Shown piece after piece: positions 63,501 to 64,000 of a DNA stretch of 64,000 nucleotides (positions are counted from its first letter, which is position 1; each line of letters opens with the position of its first letter). The notes beneath the pieces are model-generated. The model was not told the DNA's origin. It saw only the letters and a program-made list of their open reading frames with translations, and did no database searches. The stretch is from NCBI RefSeq assembly GCF_037042905.1, contig NC_087252.1, positions 12,464,001 to 12,528,000 of the forward strand, read 5' to 3'. The DNA is from Lytechinus pictus. Its lineage: Eukaryota. The position numbers and the translations under genes were made by a program.

Positions 63501-64000
63501 ATCATGATTTGATAACCTTGAAAAGCTTCCATTCCCATGTCTATAATGATGCCCATACATGACATGAAAATCAAGGAAATTGACATGCCCGATTTTGAGA
63601 TAGAGGTGGACAAAGATTTGGCAATAAAAATAAATAAAGTAAATTCTGACGAATATAATAGGTGATCTGTCATCTTAATGACAGACCACCTAAAAAGGAC
63701 CAAAAAAAAAAAAAAAAAAAAAAAAGGGGGTCCAGCGAGGTTTGAACCACCGAACCCTGGTATACCAGTCAGGTGTGTTATCCAGTCGGCCACAGTGTGT
63801 TCGACAAGCACAGAGAGCAAAATAGGAAACATATTGTCAACTTGACATTGAATGTACATTCTTGCAATTCCAAATTGGCATGATGACAAAACTCTACAAA
63901 TTCTAGTTTTGAGAATAGTACAAGCTTTAAAATGAAACAGTGGAGATATTGTCTAAAGGATACATTCTAAGCTAAAACATATTGAAAATTTGGCGAGAAC
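54572..64000 (-). repeat. Array C: homogeneous 1,164-bp tandem repeat of 3'-truncated, diverged HINE units; runs off the window
   Basis: Units start at 54572, 55736, 56900, 58064, 59228, 60392 (959 bp, deleted), 61351, 62515 and 63679; same subTIR hairpin as A/B. Confidence 0.97.
54621..54692 (-). pseudogene. tRNA-like Pol III cassette in C units (further copies start at 55785, 56949, 58113, 59277, 60441, 61400, 62564, 63728)
   Basis: Minus strand ...GTGGCCGACTGGATAACACACCTGACTGGTATACCAGGGTTCGGTGGTTCAAACCTCGCTGGACCCCC followed by T24: A-box TGGCCGACTGG, B-box GGTTCAAACC. Confidence 0.75.

Noticed and set aside
23550..64000. Repeated 60-142-aa ORFs in the arrays as a tandem gene family
   Set aside because: They occur on both strands, are broken by homopolymer frameshifts between A units, cross element junctions and poly-T tracts, and resemble no protein I recognise.
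23550..64000. CRISPR array or rDNA/5S/snRNA/histone gene cluster
   Set aside because: No short repeats with unique spacers and no cas genes. No recognisable rRNA, snRNA or histone sequence; the units have transposon termini.

Overview
AT-rich, repeat-dominated eukaryotic DNA. The SINE and MITE complement looks like a marine invertebrate, probably an echinoid (inference only). No protein-coding gene can be called with confidence. 1-23.5 kb is a patchwork of tRNA-derived SINEs, LINE 3' ends, several MITE families, micro- and minisatellites, a degenerate hammerhead-like motif and a possible spliced minus-strand transcript. From 23,550 to the window end lies a >40 kb complex of one family of non-autonomous Helentron/DINE-like (HINE) rolling-circle elements, all on the minus strand. 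It has three blocks: a heterogeneous head-to-tail/nested block A (23,550-36,834), a homogeneous 1,277-bp array B, and a homogeneous 1,164-bp array C that runs off the window. B and C are each anchored on a longer variant carrying the only 3' terminus. Units of A and C carry a tRNA-derived cassette (16 copies) that keeps A-box, B-box, their spacing and an oligo-T terminator but has lost the cloverleaf. A 5,676-bp non-autonomous piggyBac-like element sits in the TTAA of one 5' hairpin. All family assignments come from terminal structure read by eye, not database searches.
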